Source: Omnitrophica WOR_2 bacterium RIFOXYA2_FULL_38_17 (GTDB lineage: Bacteria; Omnitrophota; Gorgyraeia; Zapsychrales; Zapsychraceae). Taken from it: a stretch of DNA of 64,000 nucleotides. Below the pieces are notes generated by a model. That model saw nothing but the letters and a program-made list of their open reading frames with translations, searched no databases and was not told the origin of the DNA. The DNA lies in contig MHHG01000027.1 of the NCBI GenBank assembly GCA_001805965.1, forward strand, positions 477 through 64,476, in the 5' to 3' direction. Shown here one piece after another: positions 1-9,699 of the stretch (position 1 is the stretch's first letter; the number at the start of each line of letters is the position of its first letter). The position numbers and the translations under genes were made by a program.

Positions 1-648
1 ACCCCCGTTCTTTCCGGCTTGCACGCCAGAAACAGCATCTTCAAAAACAATTGCTTTTGATGGATCAGAGCCTACATTCTGTACTGCCTTAATAAAAATA
101 TCTCCTTGTGGCTTTCCCCTCAGGCCTAATTCAGCAGACACAACTCCATCCACTCTTGTCTCAAAAAGATCCTCTATACCTGCAGATTTTAGGACAAACT
201 GGCAATTCTTACTTGATGAAGCAACGCCGATCTTAACACCTTTGGCTTTTAATTCCTTGATAAGAGCAACGGCTGCTTTATAGCTGCTAACTCCCTCCTT
301 GCCAAGGACTTCTCTGAATTTTATATTTTTTTTGTTCCCTAAACCACAAACCGATTCTTCATCAACCGCAGCACCTTTGTCTCCAAAAGGTAAATTTATG
401 CCCCTGGATGCTAAGAAGCTTTTCACTCCTTGATATCGAGGTTTTCCATCAATGTAAGGCAAATAATCTCCCTTATAAGTAAACTCTTTGAACGGCTCTC
501 CATCTCTGTCTGCCCTAAGCTTTAGATATTCATTGAACATTTCTTTCCATGCTGCAGCATGCACCAGCGCAGTTTTGGTAACAACGCCATCCAAATCAAA
601 AATTGCAGCATCATAGCTAAGGCTTTTATGACCAGATTCCATTTGCAT
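1..648 (-). CDS. Beta-phosphoglucomutase-family HAD hydrolase (3' end outside window)
   Basis: Not in ORF track. Manual translation MQMESGHKSLSYDAAIFDLDGVVTKTALVHAAAWKEMF...IDGKPRYQGVKSFL...GKPQGDIF...VFEDAVSGVQAG shows HAD motif I (DxDG) and later motifs. Confidence 0.85.
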   Translation of the reverse strand, partial: MQMESGHKSLSYDAAIFDLDGVVTKTALVHAAAWKEMFNEYLKLRADRDGEPFKEFTYKGDYLPYIDGKPRYQGVKSFLASRGINLPFGDKGAAVDEESVCGLGNKKNIKFREVLGKEGVSSYKAAVALIKELKAKGVKIGVASSSKNCQFVLKSAGIEDLFETRVDGVVSAELGLRGKPQGDIFIKAVQNVGSDPSKAIVFEDAVSGVQAGKNGG

Positions 649-849
649 CTGCTAGCTTTCCCTTGATTAAAACACCTAAAAATCCCTGAAGATCCTGCCA
701 TGTTTTTAACGCCAACAGGCTTAATTGATAAGGCGCTTATGGCTCTTCGCCAAAAACATTTAGAATATCGAATGAATAATGATAAAGTATTATATTCTCA
801 AGGCCTATACATTGCAAGGTTTTCCGACGAAACAACAGCCTTCTGTCGC

Positions 850-1395
850 TTAATCTTCAATTTCAACATACTCAGCTAATTTTGATATAGTTTTGTATCC
901 TATTTTTCCGTCTTGTTTTAAACCATGCATTTTTTGAAAATCAATTACCGCCTGCTTTGTTTTTCTTCCAAATGTGCCATCTATTTTTCCATCATACAGA
1001 TCAGCAACGCTTAAAATTTCTTGAATAAGAAGCATATTTAGCTTACCATCCTTAATTAAATTCTTGTCTTTAAACTCTACAAGCTTCGACCAAGTTTCAT
1101 TATCAACTTTTCTTGTTTCTTTAAGCCCAACATCCTTCTGAAATCTTTCTACGGCATCTCTTGTTCTGATCCCCCACTTTCCGTCAATTACTCCTGGATC
1201 ATAACCGTATATTTTCAATAGAACCTGAATGTCTTCGATGGTATGATTGGACTCATTGAGCTCAATCTCCCCGACCAGCTCTTTTTCATCTGCCCCCTCT
1301 TTGTCCAATGTTCGGTATAAAGCATCACAGCCACCAAGGGTAAGCAAGGAAAGCAATAAACTGTTAAATAAGAGCATCTTTGCGTTTTGATTCAT
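850..1395 (-). CDS. Lipoprotein with two peptidoglycan-binding (PG_binding_1-like) domains
   Basis: Lipobox LGGC; two repeats of Q-x-x-L...DG-x-(W/F)G-x-x-T-x-x-AV-x-x-FQK-x-x-GL. Confidence 0.8.
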   Translation of the reverse strand: MNQNAKMLLFNSLLLSLLTLGGCDALYRTLDKEGADEKELVGEIELNESNHTIEDIQVLLKIYGYDPGVIDGKWGIRTRDAVERFQKDVGLKETRKVDNETWSKLVEFKDKNLIKDGKLNMLLIQEILSVADLYDGKIDGTFGRKTKQAVIDFQKMHGLKQDGKIGYKTISKLAEYVEIED

Positions 1396-1451
1396 AAAAA
1401 TTCCTTTGATGAATAAAAAACTATTTCTTTAATATTTTTTGTCCATATACT

Positions 1452-2084
1452 ATGATTATTAATATGTACCAGGAAATAACACATAGCTTTACAAGCAAAA
1501 AATCCTTACTGAGAACAATTCAAAACGACAATATTGTTTATTACTGGTTTTCTTTGCTGTTTTTAAATAAGAGCCTTAGGGCCACTCTTTCACAAAACAA
1601 AAACACAGCCCTTTCTTACAAAGAATTCATTGCATCTTTATATTTTCGTTTTATTCTGGTCTTTTTCTTAGCACTCTTTGCTTCAGCAATGTTGTTCCAC
1701 GTATTTTCAGACATCTATTGGGCCGTTCTCTTGCCTGTAATAGCGCTATACTTAAGCGCACAAAAAAAAGGCTTTAAAGCTTTCTGTAATATTTTTGAAG
1801 AATTTATCAATCAAAATTTTGATTCAGATTCTTTGCAAAAAAAAACCTTATATCAAATTGGCGAATTCTATGGCGACAGGTATGCGATCCATTCCCTCGT
1901 AGATACCTTACAGCGCAATATTAAAACTTATACTTATTTTTTTGGAATATCTTTTGTTTTTTTGGTTTTTATTTACCCGATCAATACCCTCGTCACTTGT
2001 CTTGGATTGCTCACAACAGTTCTCATAATAAGAATTTACTTCAACACCTTCTCTCTTCTAAGACATCTACAGAACAACAAATAA
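1452..2084 (+). CDS. Hypothetical membrane protein
   Basis: 210-aa ORF with about four hydrophobic segments; no recognised motif; start uncertain. Confidence 0.5.
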   Translation: MIINMYQEITHSFTSKKSLLRTIQNDNIVYYWFSLLFLNKSLRATLSQNKNTALSYKEFIASLYFRFILVFFLALFASAMLFHVFSDIYWAVLLPVIALYLSAQKKGFKAFCNIFEEFINQNFDSDSLQKKTLYQIGEFYGDRYAIHSLVDTLQRNIKTYTYFFGISFVFLVFIYPINTLVTCLGLLTTVLIIRIYFNTFSLLRHLQNNK

Positions 2085-3959
2085 AGAAACCGCTATAGCG
2101 ACAAAACACTTGATACCAAAAGAAGACGTTGAAAAGAAATAAAACAGCGTGATCACATAAGCCATAAAAGAAGTGAGCTTTTCATTAAGATTCTTATGCT
2201 CAAAGACAATTTGGTCCAAAGAATAGCTGCTCCAGTTCAAATTAAGAAGCTTATCCTGCTCTAACATTCTTTGATAGAGCTTTGACCCTGGCAAAGGCGT
2301 TAGCAGCCCTACTGATGTGATCGTTGGCCTCAATTTAAAACAAAATTTCCACAAGTCCAACAAGCTTTTGTAATTGTCTTTCTCAAAACCAAAAATAAAT
2401 TGCGCATCTATTTGAATGCCTTTTTTCATGATCTTTTTACTCAGCTCCAAATATTGATCTGCCATAGAGAACTTGCCTTTTTTTTCTTTTTCTATCGAAA
2501 CAGCCGCGATCTCATATCCAATAAGCAGCTGAATACAGCCGCTTCTCTTGACTAGATCCAACACTTCATCATCTTTCGCAATATCTATGCTGGCTGAGCC
2601 GCTCCATGAAATGTTCATCTTTTCTAAGGCCTTGAACAATTCAATGGAATATTTTGGCTCAGCATAGATGTTATTGTCCAGAAAAAGAACCGTCGATTTG
2701 TTCATCTTAAAATTTTCTAAGATCTTAATAACATTCTCTATTGGCCTATGCCGTATCTTTTTAAAAGTCATGCTCGGAATTACACAAAAATCACAACTGA
2801 ATTTACATCCTCTTGTTGTCTCGATCTGTATGATCCTTTGCCTTTCTGCAACATCTATAATATATTCATCCACCTTTTCATAAAAATTATCCCTTGGCTC
2901 TCCATAATACTTTTGCTGCAAGCGATCATTTTCATAATCCTGTATAATTTTATCCCAAACACTTTCAGCCTCTCCAATCACAACACTATCACAAAAACAC
3001 AATGCCTCATCAGGTAAAAACCCTGCGTGGGCACCACCCATTATGACTTTAGATCCCCGTGCTCTAAACTTTTTTGCAATTGAATAAGCCTCGTACACAT
3101 TTGAGGAAAAGGATGTTATTGCTACTAGCTTTCCGGGCATATATTCTTCTGGCAGCAAATCAACATTAGAAAATGTTTTCACTGCATAATCTTTTGGAGT
3201 TAACGCTTTAAGAACAAAGAAAAGCCAAGGGTTTTTTGGATACAGAAAAGTATGAATGTAGCTTAAAAACCCTTTCGGTTTTGGATTTATCAAATAAAGC
3301 TCTTTAGCATTTGGATCTGCAATATATGTTTTTCTGTATGGATAAACTGCAAAGTATCCTAAATATAAAAATAAATATAGCTGGATATATTTCGAAAAAA
3401 GCAAAGTAACTCTAGCAATCTCGATCTCTTCAAGATCAATAAATTGTGGAATATAAAAAAGGCCTACGTCGATAAAATACAGGACGAGTATAAGCAGAAA
3501 CTCTTTTACTTCAATTGGTGGGCTCTTTGAACAACCTTCGTTGCCCTGCAGTTTTTTTGCTTTAACTATAAAAAACGCTATTAAAGGATACGTTAATATT
3601 TGAAAATGATTTTTAGCATATAGAAAATCCCAGCCATTAAAATAGTTCAAATTAAAGGAAAAGACCATATCGACAACAATGATTAATGCAAGATAAGCTA
3701 TATACGTCCAGAAGTATTTCTTGCAACTCAAAAGAAACCCTTTAATATCTAATTGATAGCGCTCATCTATAAGAAAATTAACACATGTTGCAAAGATTCC
3801 GCCATAAAAAAATGTTTTCGCAACTAGAAAGACAGGCGCAACATACAGACCAGCACCAAAAGCCACAAGCCTTGCAAATGCAACATCAAGCATATATGCA
3901 ATAAAGACAACAATAAAAGCTTTGTTGGCAAGACGCGATATTCTTTTATTTAAATTCAT
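2067..3959 (-). CDS. Cobalamin-binding radical SAM protein with N-terminal multi-TM domain
   Basis: B12-binding signature (VIMGGAHA...DSVVIGEAE), CxxxCxxC in TTRGCKFSCDFC, LTPLPGS; first ~200 aa strongly hydrophobic. Confidence 0.8.
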   Translation of the reverse strand: MNLNKRISRLANKAFIVVFIAYMLDVAFARLVAFGAGLYVAPVFLVAKTFFYGGIFATCVNFLIDERYQLDIKGFLLSCKKYFWTYIAYLALIIVVDMVFSFNLNYFNGWDFLYAKNHFQILTYPLIAFFIVKAKKLQGNEGCSKSPPIEVKEFLLILVLYFIDVGLFYIPQFIDLEEIEIARVTLLFSKYIQLYLFLYLGYFAVYPYRKTYIADPNAKELYLINPKPKGFLSYIHTFLYPKNPWLFFVLKALTPKDYAVKTFSNVDLLPEEYMPGKLVAITSFSSNVYEAYSIAKKFRARGSKVIMGGAHAGFLPDEALCFCDSVVIGEAESVWDKIIQDYENDRLQQKYYGEPRDNFYEKVDEYIIDVAERQRIIQIETTRGCKFSCDFCVIPSMTFKKIRHRPIENVIKILENFKMNKSTVLFLDNNIYAEPKYSIELFKALEKMNISWSGSASIDIAKDDEVLDLVKRSGCIQLLIGYEIAAVSIEKEKKGKFSMADQYLELSKKIMKKGIQIDAQFIFGFEKDNYKSLLDLWKFCFKLRPTITSVGLLTPLPGSKLYQRMLEQDKLLNLNWSSYSLDQIVFEHKNLNEKLTSFMAYVITLFYFFSTSSFGIKCFVAIAVSLFVVL

Positions 3960-4146
3960 AATAAAAAATTATAAATATTAATACTAATCCTTCAGAACTA
4001 TAATACCAATAAAATCAATCTATGCAACATACATAAACGCCTTTTACTGACATCTTAATCAAGGAAAAAGTATTGCAAACGTATTGTCATAAATTTTGTT
4101 TTATGCTATCTTATCTGAAAGTAATGCTTTTAACAAAGGATATCAA

Positions 4147-4521
4147 ATGAACAATAAAAACATCCTTATTGGCGCTTTTATAATAATTCTTCTGTTTATT
4201 AATTTTGTTTTTAGGCCTTTTCTTCACAAAAGAGAATCGTTTAGGATTGTTGACAAAGTCTTATCCCTTTGGGAAGAAGGTGATATTCCATCCTCATATT
4301 TCTATTGGGACAACCCAAAGAAAATGCCTCCGGTAACCAGACTTCTCTCTCATGAAATCATTAAGAAAGAATTCTACAAAAAAGACAGAAAAAACCGTTC
4401 AAAAGTAACCGTTATCGCGGATTTCGGAAAAAACGAAAATTTGCCCGCAGGCAAGTGGATATTTGAATTAAGCTATACCGATATTGGCTGGAAAATTGTA
4501 GAATTCTACACAGTCAGATAA
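4147..4521 (+). CDS. Hypothetical membrane-anchored protein
   Basis: ORF 4096..4521; ATG at 4147 precedes an N-terminal TM helix. Confidence 0.6.
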   Translation: MNNKNILIGAFIIILLFINFVFRPFLHKRESFRIVDKVLSLWEEGDIPSSYFYWDNPKKMPPVTRLLSHEIIKKEFYKKDRKNRSKVTVIADFGKNENLPAGKWIFELSYTDIGWKIVEFYTVR

Positions 4522-4549
4522 AACTCATATTGTTTTGTCAATAAGGCTA

Positions 4550-6622
4550 TCAAACAATTATTCTTGCATCAACCGCAAAGCTTCCTTCATCATTTGAGAT
4601 CAATGGATTGATATCTATTTCCTTAACAAGCGGTGCTAATTTCTGCACCGAACATAAAGTTTGAATTATCGACTCTTTATGTGCTTTCATGCCTCTAAAA
4701 CCATTTAGCACTTTTTGGCCTTTAATTGACGCGATCAGTCGTTCTGCCTCGATCTTGCCAAATGGAACAACTCTAAACGAGACATCCTTCATTAGCTCAA
4801 CAAAGACCCCTCCCAAGCCGAACATAACCACCGGACCGAATTGGGGATCTATGCTCATGCCAATAATACATTCTATGCCCTTGGTCATCTGTATCATATT
4901 AACCCCCAGAAGCTGTGCATTCGGAGCTAACTTGGGAATATTTGTCATCATACTGTTAAATTTGACCCTGATCTCTTCCGCATCAGAAATATTTAATGCA
5001 ACGCCTCCGACATCCGTCTTGTGAATGATATCAGGTGACGCAATTTTCATTGCTAATGGATACATTCCTTCTGCCTTTTCGATTGCTTCTTCAACCGTTC
5101 TCGCAAATGCCCATTTGGGAGTAGGAACTCCGCATTTTTCCATAATCTCTCTTGCTTCATGCTCAAGAAGCAAAGACCTGCCTTCTTTTTTGATCTTATT
5201 GATCATGTCAACAACTTCTTGAGGAGCCTTTTCCTGCCCGGGAACATCTTTAGGCCTATTACAAATATCTTTCCAAGTATGCAGGATCTTTAAAGCAGAA
5301 ACTGCCTGATCCACTGAATCATAAGCCGGTATATTATTTTGACTTAAAAAATGAAGCGCACTTCTAGATCTTTCGCCTCCAACAAATGCTGCAACAATAG
5401 GCTTGTTTCTTTCAACCGTTCTATACTCTTCGGCAACTGCTTTAGCGATATCCAAAGGATCTGTTACTGCTGTTTCACAATACAGCACAATGACACAATG
5501 GATCTTATCTTCTTCAAGTGATATCCTTATTGCTTTTCTATAACCTTCAACGCCTGCCCCTCCTGTTATATCAATAGGATTTTTCGTGCTGCCAAAGTCA
5601 GGCATTGTTTTTCGAAACTTCTCTTCTGTCCAAGCTACGTCTTCCAGTAATTGAATACCTGCCTCTTCACACGCATCAGTTGTTGATACACCTATGCCTC
5701 CTCCATTTGTGATCACAATTGTTTCTTCTCCCTGAGGCAGAGGAAGCGCAAACGCCCTTGCCCAGCCAAAAGCATCCGTAAAAGAGCTCGCTCTTAATGC
5801 TCCCATTTGTTTAAATGCCGCATCAAAAATACCATCCGCGCCTGCCAAAGATCCTGTATGGGACGCTGCCGCTTTTGCGCCCCTTTGTGAACGTCCTACT
5901 TTTAAAACAATGACAGGCTTTTTAATTTCCGTGTTTAAAAATTTGCGCCCGTCTTTAAGGCCCTCCATGTAAATAAGAACAACGTCAATATTATCATCAT
6001 TGTTAAAATGCTCTATTAGGTCTTTTTCATCAACATCTGCTTTGTTTCCAAGGCTGACTAAAGAGCCTAAGCCAATGCTTTCCATAACTGTCCAGCCCAT
6101 CAAAGCAATGGCCAGTGCGCCGCTTTGGGAGACAAAAGCAATTTTTCCCGACAAAATATCCTGAGGGCCGAAACTTGCATTCAGCTTAAGGGGAGTATAT
6201 AGAAATCCTAAAATGTTAGGTCCTATAAAAGCCATCTTGTTTTCGTCGGCTATTTTTTTGATCTTTTCCTCGTCGGCATGATTTCCCACTTCAGCAAATC
6301 CTGATGTGATGATAGCAACATTTTTTACTTTCTTTTTGGCGCATTCTTCCATTGTTGCAACCACAAAAGGGGCTGGAATAGTAATAACCGCAAGGTCAAT
6401 ATCTCCTGGGACATCTGAAACGGACTTGTATGATTTTTTCCCCAAGATCTCATCATCTTTTGGATTAATAGGATATATCGCGCCTTCAAAACCACCGGCG
6501 ATAACATTGTTCAGTATCTGATATCCTATTTTTGAAGGATTTGCGGACGCGCCAATAACCGCGACGCTTTTAGTATTAAAAAACCCTTCTAGGTTCTTCG
6601 AGTAAACAGCTTGTTTTTTCAT
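4550..6622 (-). CDS. Acetate--CoA ligase (ADP-forming), fused alpha/beta
   Basis: CoA-binding SVAVIGAS, SQSGA, phospho-His motif AAASHTGSLAG, C-terminal ATP-grasp (HKTDVGGV, DPQFGPVVMFGLGG, EIDINPL). Confidence 0.9.
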   Translation of the reverse strand: MKKQAVYSKNLEGFFNTKSVAVIGASANPSKIGYQILNNVIAGGFEGAIYPINPKDDEILGKKSYKSVSDVPGDIDLAVITIPAPFVVATMEECAKKKVKNVAIITSGFAEVGNHADEEKIKKIADENKMAFIGPNILGFLYTPLKLNASFGPQDILSGKIAFVSQSGALAIALMGWTVMESIGLGSLVSLGNKADVDEKDLIEHFNNDDNIDVVLIYMEGLKDGRKFLNTEIKKPVIVLKVGRSQRGAKAAASHTGSLAGADGIFDAAFKQMGALRASSFTDAFGWARAFALPLPQGEETIVITNGGGIGVSTTDACEEAGIQLLEDVAWTEEKFRKTMPDFGSTKNPIDITGGAGVEGYRKAIRISLEEDKIHCVIVLYCETAVTDPLDIAKAVAEEYRTVERNKPIVAAFVGGERSRSALHFLSQNNIPAYDSVDQAVSALKILHTWKDICNRPKDVPGQEKAPQEVVDMINKIKKEGRSLLLEHEAREIMEKCGVPTPKWAFARTVEEAIEKAEGMYPLAMKIASPDIIHKTDVGGVALNISDAEEIRVKFNSMMTNIPKLAPNAQLLGVNMIQMTKGIECIIGMSIDPQFGPVVMFGLGGVFVELMKDVSFRVVPFGKIEAERLIASIKGQKVLNGFRGMKAHKESIIQTLCSVQKLAPLVKEIDINPLISNDEGSFAVDARIIV

Positions 6623-6755
6623 TGTTTTTTCCTTTTGTAATGCTCTATTTATAATAATAAAAACTAGACTATTCTAACAAATAAGATTTTCATTGCCAAC
6701 AGTTAATAAAAAATAGTGTGCCTAAAACCCGCAATTTCTGTAAAAACAGGCTCTG

Positions 6756-7208
6756 TCATCCTTCTCTTACAGAATAACTGTTTTTTTTCAATATCTGGCT
6801 GCCTTCACCTGACAACAGAAACTTGAGAAATGCCCGGCCACCATCTTTTTTCTTTACGCTATAAACTAAAATAAACTTGCTAATAATTTGTTGAGAGTCT
6901 CTGTCAAAAAGCTCAAACTCTTTTTTCTCATACAATTCCCCTGCGCTAAGCTTGTCCGCATCCGGCAAACCTAACTGGTCCGCCAATATAACCCTATATT
7001 GTGGGTACATTTGTTCAAAAGAGCCCTTGATTGCTATAAAAGAGCTATCCATTCTTTTGTCAAACAGCACTGTAATTATATTCTGCTGTTGTTTTACGAT
7101 CTTGGACATCTTATAAACATCTCCCCGGGTATAAAGGCTAACAGATACTACTGCTACAACAAGTGAAGACGCAAACATTTTGAGTATTTGTAGTTTAGTT
7201 AACTTCAT
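6756..7208 (-). CDS. Short exported protein with ModA/periplasmic-binding-protein-like C-terminus
   Basis: N-terminal TM, FEQMYP, and C-terminal AFLKFLLSGEGSQILKKNSY resembling the end of molybdate-binding proteins; last gene of the Moco cluster. Confidence 0.45.
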   Translation of the reverse strand: MKLTKLQILKMFASSLVVAVVSVSLYTRGDVYKMSKIVKQQQNIITVLFDKRMDSSFIAIKGSFEQMYPQYRVILADQLGLPDADKLSAGELYEKKEFELFDRDSQQIISKFILVYSVKKKDGGRAFLKFLLSGEGSQILKKNSYSVREG

Positions 7209-7212
7209 TTTG

Positions 7213-7710
7213 CTAATGCCCCTCTCCTTTTATCATTGCGATTGCATGGGTAATGAGTCCAGAGATCGCACCAATGGATTCCTCTGCCCCTTTGAGGCTT
7301 CCAGGGAGATTAACAATAATTGTCTGACCCTTAATGCCCGCAACCCCTCTTGATAAATAAGCTGCCTTGGTTTTTTTGGCTCCTTCTGCTCTAATACATT
7401 CTGACAATCCCGGAATCACTCTTTCAACCACTTTTAACGTAGCCTCTGGCGTATTATCTCTGGGGCCAAAGCCTGTTCCTCCCACTGTTAAAATCAAATC
7501 TGTTTTTTTTTCTTTTAGTGCCGAGTTCAGCTTGTCAATAATTTGTGAAGATTCATCTGAGACAATTTCATAAAAAACAACTTCATACCCTTCATTTTTC
7601 AAAAATGCAGCAATACTTTTACCGCTAAAATCATTATCAAAAGTCCTTGAATCGCTGACTGTCAACACCCCGATTTTGATATCTTTGAAACTATCTAAAT
7701 CATGCCGCAT
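7213..7710 (-). CDS. mog: Molybdopterin adenylyltransferase (MogA/MoaB family)
   Basis: LTVSDS, GGTGFGPRDNTPEAT, SRGVAGI, NLPGS. Confidence 0.9.
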   Translation of the reverse strand: MRHDLDSFKDIKIGVLTVSDSRTFDNDFSGKSIAAFLKNEGYEVVFYEIVSDESSQIIDKLNSALKEKKTDLILTVGGTGFGPRDNTPEATLKVVERVIPGLSECIRAEGAKKTKAAYLSRGVAGIKGQTIIVNLPGSLKGAEESIGAISGLITHAIAMIKGEGH

Positions 7711-8290
7711 TCAACACCTTAAAGTCCTTTTCTGATTTATAGGATATGCCCTGACTTTGTCCAACACTTGCTCTTGTTATCTTGATAACTGAATTAGGAT
7801 AAACAGCCCCTCCTTTAAGAACCCTCGCAAAAAATCCTTCTCTAGGCATAATACAATCACCTGTTCGATAAAAAATACTGCAAGGAGCAGGACATTCTTT
7901 TCCTATGCGCGAAACCTGCAAAACCACGTCTTCCGCAATTTCGATTATATCATTGAGCATTAATTCCAAAGAATCTATCCCTTTTGTTGTAATATTTTCC
8001 GCGAAAGATCCTGGCATCAACACAATATCTTTTTGATGATCGCTCATCTTTTCTTTTAAAGCTCGCTTCTGTTTCTCGATGCTTTCTAATGCCAGGAAGC
8101 TGACCTGCCTCGTTTCATCATCAGGAGCAGAATGAGCATCGCTTTGTATTCCTATGCCCTTAATCAAAACTGCTTTCCTAACTGGGGTTTTGCCGATTCC
8201 CTTTTTTTCGCTTATATTAACAGTGCAAATCTCTCCAAATCCTACAACAATATTTTGATTTTCAACACGCTCACGCTCTCTTATAGGCAC
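7700..8290 (-). CDS. MOSC domain protein
   Basis: VNISEKKG, DAH, RQVS, PGSFAENITT, IGKECPAPC...GDCIMPREG. Confidence 0.85.
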   Translation of the reverse strand: MPIRERERVENQNIVVGFGEICTVNISEKKGIGKTPVRKAVLIKGIGIQSDAHSAPDDETRQVSFLALESIEKQKRALKEKMSDHQKDIVLMPGSFAENITTKGIDSLELMLNDIIEIAEDVVLQVSRIGKECPAPCSIFYRTGDCIMPREGFFARVLKGGAVYPNSVIKITRASVGQSQGISYKSEKDFKVLNAA

Positions 8291-8741
8291 CGTCTTTTCC
8301 CCCGCTTTTCTCTAGTAAGCATATTTCCTCAATACATATTTCCTTGTTAAACATTTTTAGCATATCATAAACGGTAAGCGCTGCTATAGCTACTGCTATC
8401 ATCGCTTCCATTTCGATGCCGGTCTTGGCTGTTGTCTTTGCTATAGATTCTATACGAATGCCGCCTTTTTCAAAACAAAAAGATAATCCTACTTTATCAA
8501 TTTCAATATTATGGCATAAGGGTATTAGTTCTTCAGTTTTTTTAGCAGCCATTATCCCTGCGATTCTAGCCGTTTCAATAATATTGCCTTTAGGGGCCTT
8601 GTTATTCTTGACCATCACAATAAGCTCATTATCCATTTTTACAAATGCCGTAGCTTTTGCGACCCTCAGCGTCTTATTTTTTTCACTTATATCGATCATC
8701 CCTAAAGATACTTCTTTTTTATCCATTTTATCCCCCGACAC
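8271..8741 (-). CDS. moaC: Cyclic pyranopterin monophosphate synthase MoaC
   Basis: MIDISEK, AGIMAAKKT-x-x-LIPLCH, TGIEMEA, YDMLK, EKSGGK. Confidence 0.95.
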   Translation of the reverse strand: MSGDKMDKKEVSLGMIDISEKNKTLRVAKATAFVKMDNELIVMVKNNKAPKGNIIETARIAGIMAAKKTEELIPLCHNIEIDKVGLSFCFEKGGIRIESIAKTTAKTGIEMEAMIAVAIAALTVYDMLKMFNKEICIEEICLLEKSGGKDGAYKRA

Positions 8742-9699
8742 TGCTCATTTCAACATGATGATCAATGACTGCGCTCTTTTTGTTATGTTTATGTTTGTCG
8801 GCAATAATATCTATTAACAGTTCTCTTATTGTTTCATCTGATGCGCCGTTTCTTACCAGTCCTTTAACATTATATAAATAGCCTGAGAACAGGCACGGGG
8901 CAATTCTTCCGGCACTGTCCATCCTCAAGCGGTTACATTCCCCGCAAAAGTGCTTGCTTAAATTACTAATAAATCCGACAGTGCCTTTTGCCTCTTTTAA
9001 CCTGAAATATTCAGCCGGACCATTACCGACGACATTCCCTTCAGGCAACAGCCCTCCATATTTACTAACGATCATTTCTTTTGCCTCTGAGCTGCTGAGC
9101 AATCCATTTTGCTGGACCTTTAAACGATTTGACGTCCTAAACAGTTCAATGAACCTGACATCTATTTTATGATTAATTGTTAATTTTGCAAAATCAAGTA
9201 TCTCATCCTCATTGATTCCTCTAAGTAAAATCATATTCAGCTTTAGTGGAAAAATGCCAACATCAATTGATTTTTCTATTCCTTGCCATACCTGCCCAAA
9301 GCAATCCCGGCCAGTGATCTGATAAAATCTTTCGCGCCTTAAAGTATCAAGGCTTATGTTGATCCTGTCCAAACCGCTTCTCTTGAGCTCTTCAACAATA
9401 TCATAAAGAAAAACACCGTTTGTAGTTAAAGAAACCTCCTCGATCCCGTCGATCTTTTTAAACAAGCTGACTGCCGTACAAATATCCTCTTTTATTAACG
9501 GCTCTCCTCCTGTGAGCCTTATCTTGCTTATACCAAGACCTGCTAAAATCCTGACAACCCTCACTATTTCTTCTAACCGTAAGATCTCACAACTATCAAG
9601 AAAATGTTTTTTTTCTAGAGGATTACAATAAAAGCAGTTCAAATTACAATTATCTGTCAGGGAAAGCCTTAAGTAATCTGTTTTGGTTTTTATTTCCAT
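8728..9699 (-). CDS. moaA: GTP 3',8-cyclase MoaA
   Basis: YLRLSLTDNCNLNCFYC, RLTGGEP, FCGECNRLR...PCL, C-terminal GG. Confidence 0.95.
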   Translation of the reverse strand: MEIKTKTDYLRLSLTDNCNLNCFYCNPLEKKHFLDSCEILRLEEIVRVVRILAGLGISKIRLTGGEPLIKEDICTAVSLFKKIDGIEEVSLTTNGVFLYDIVEELKRSGLDRINISLDTLRRERFYQITGRDCFGQVWQGIEKSIDVGIFPLKLNMILLRGINEDEILDFAKLTINHKIDVRFIELFRTSNRLKVQQNGLLSSSEAKEMIVSKYGGLLPEGNVVGNGPAEYFRLKEAKGTVGFISNLSKHFCGECNRLRMDSAGRIAPCLFSGYLYNVKGLVRNGASDETIRELLIDIIADKHKHNKKSAVIDHHVEMSSVGG

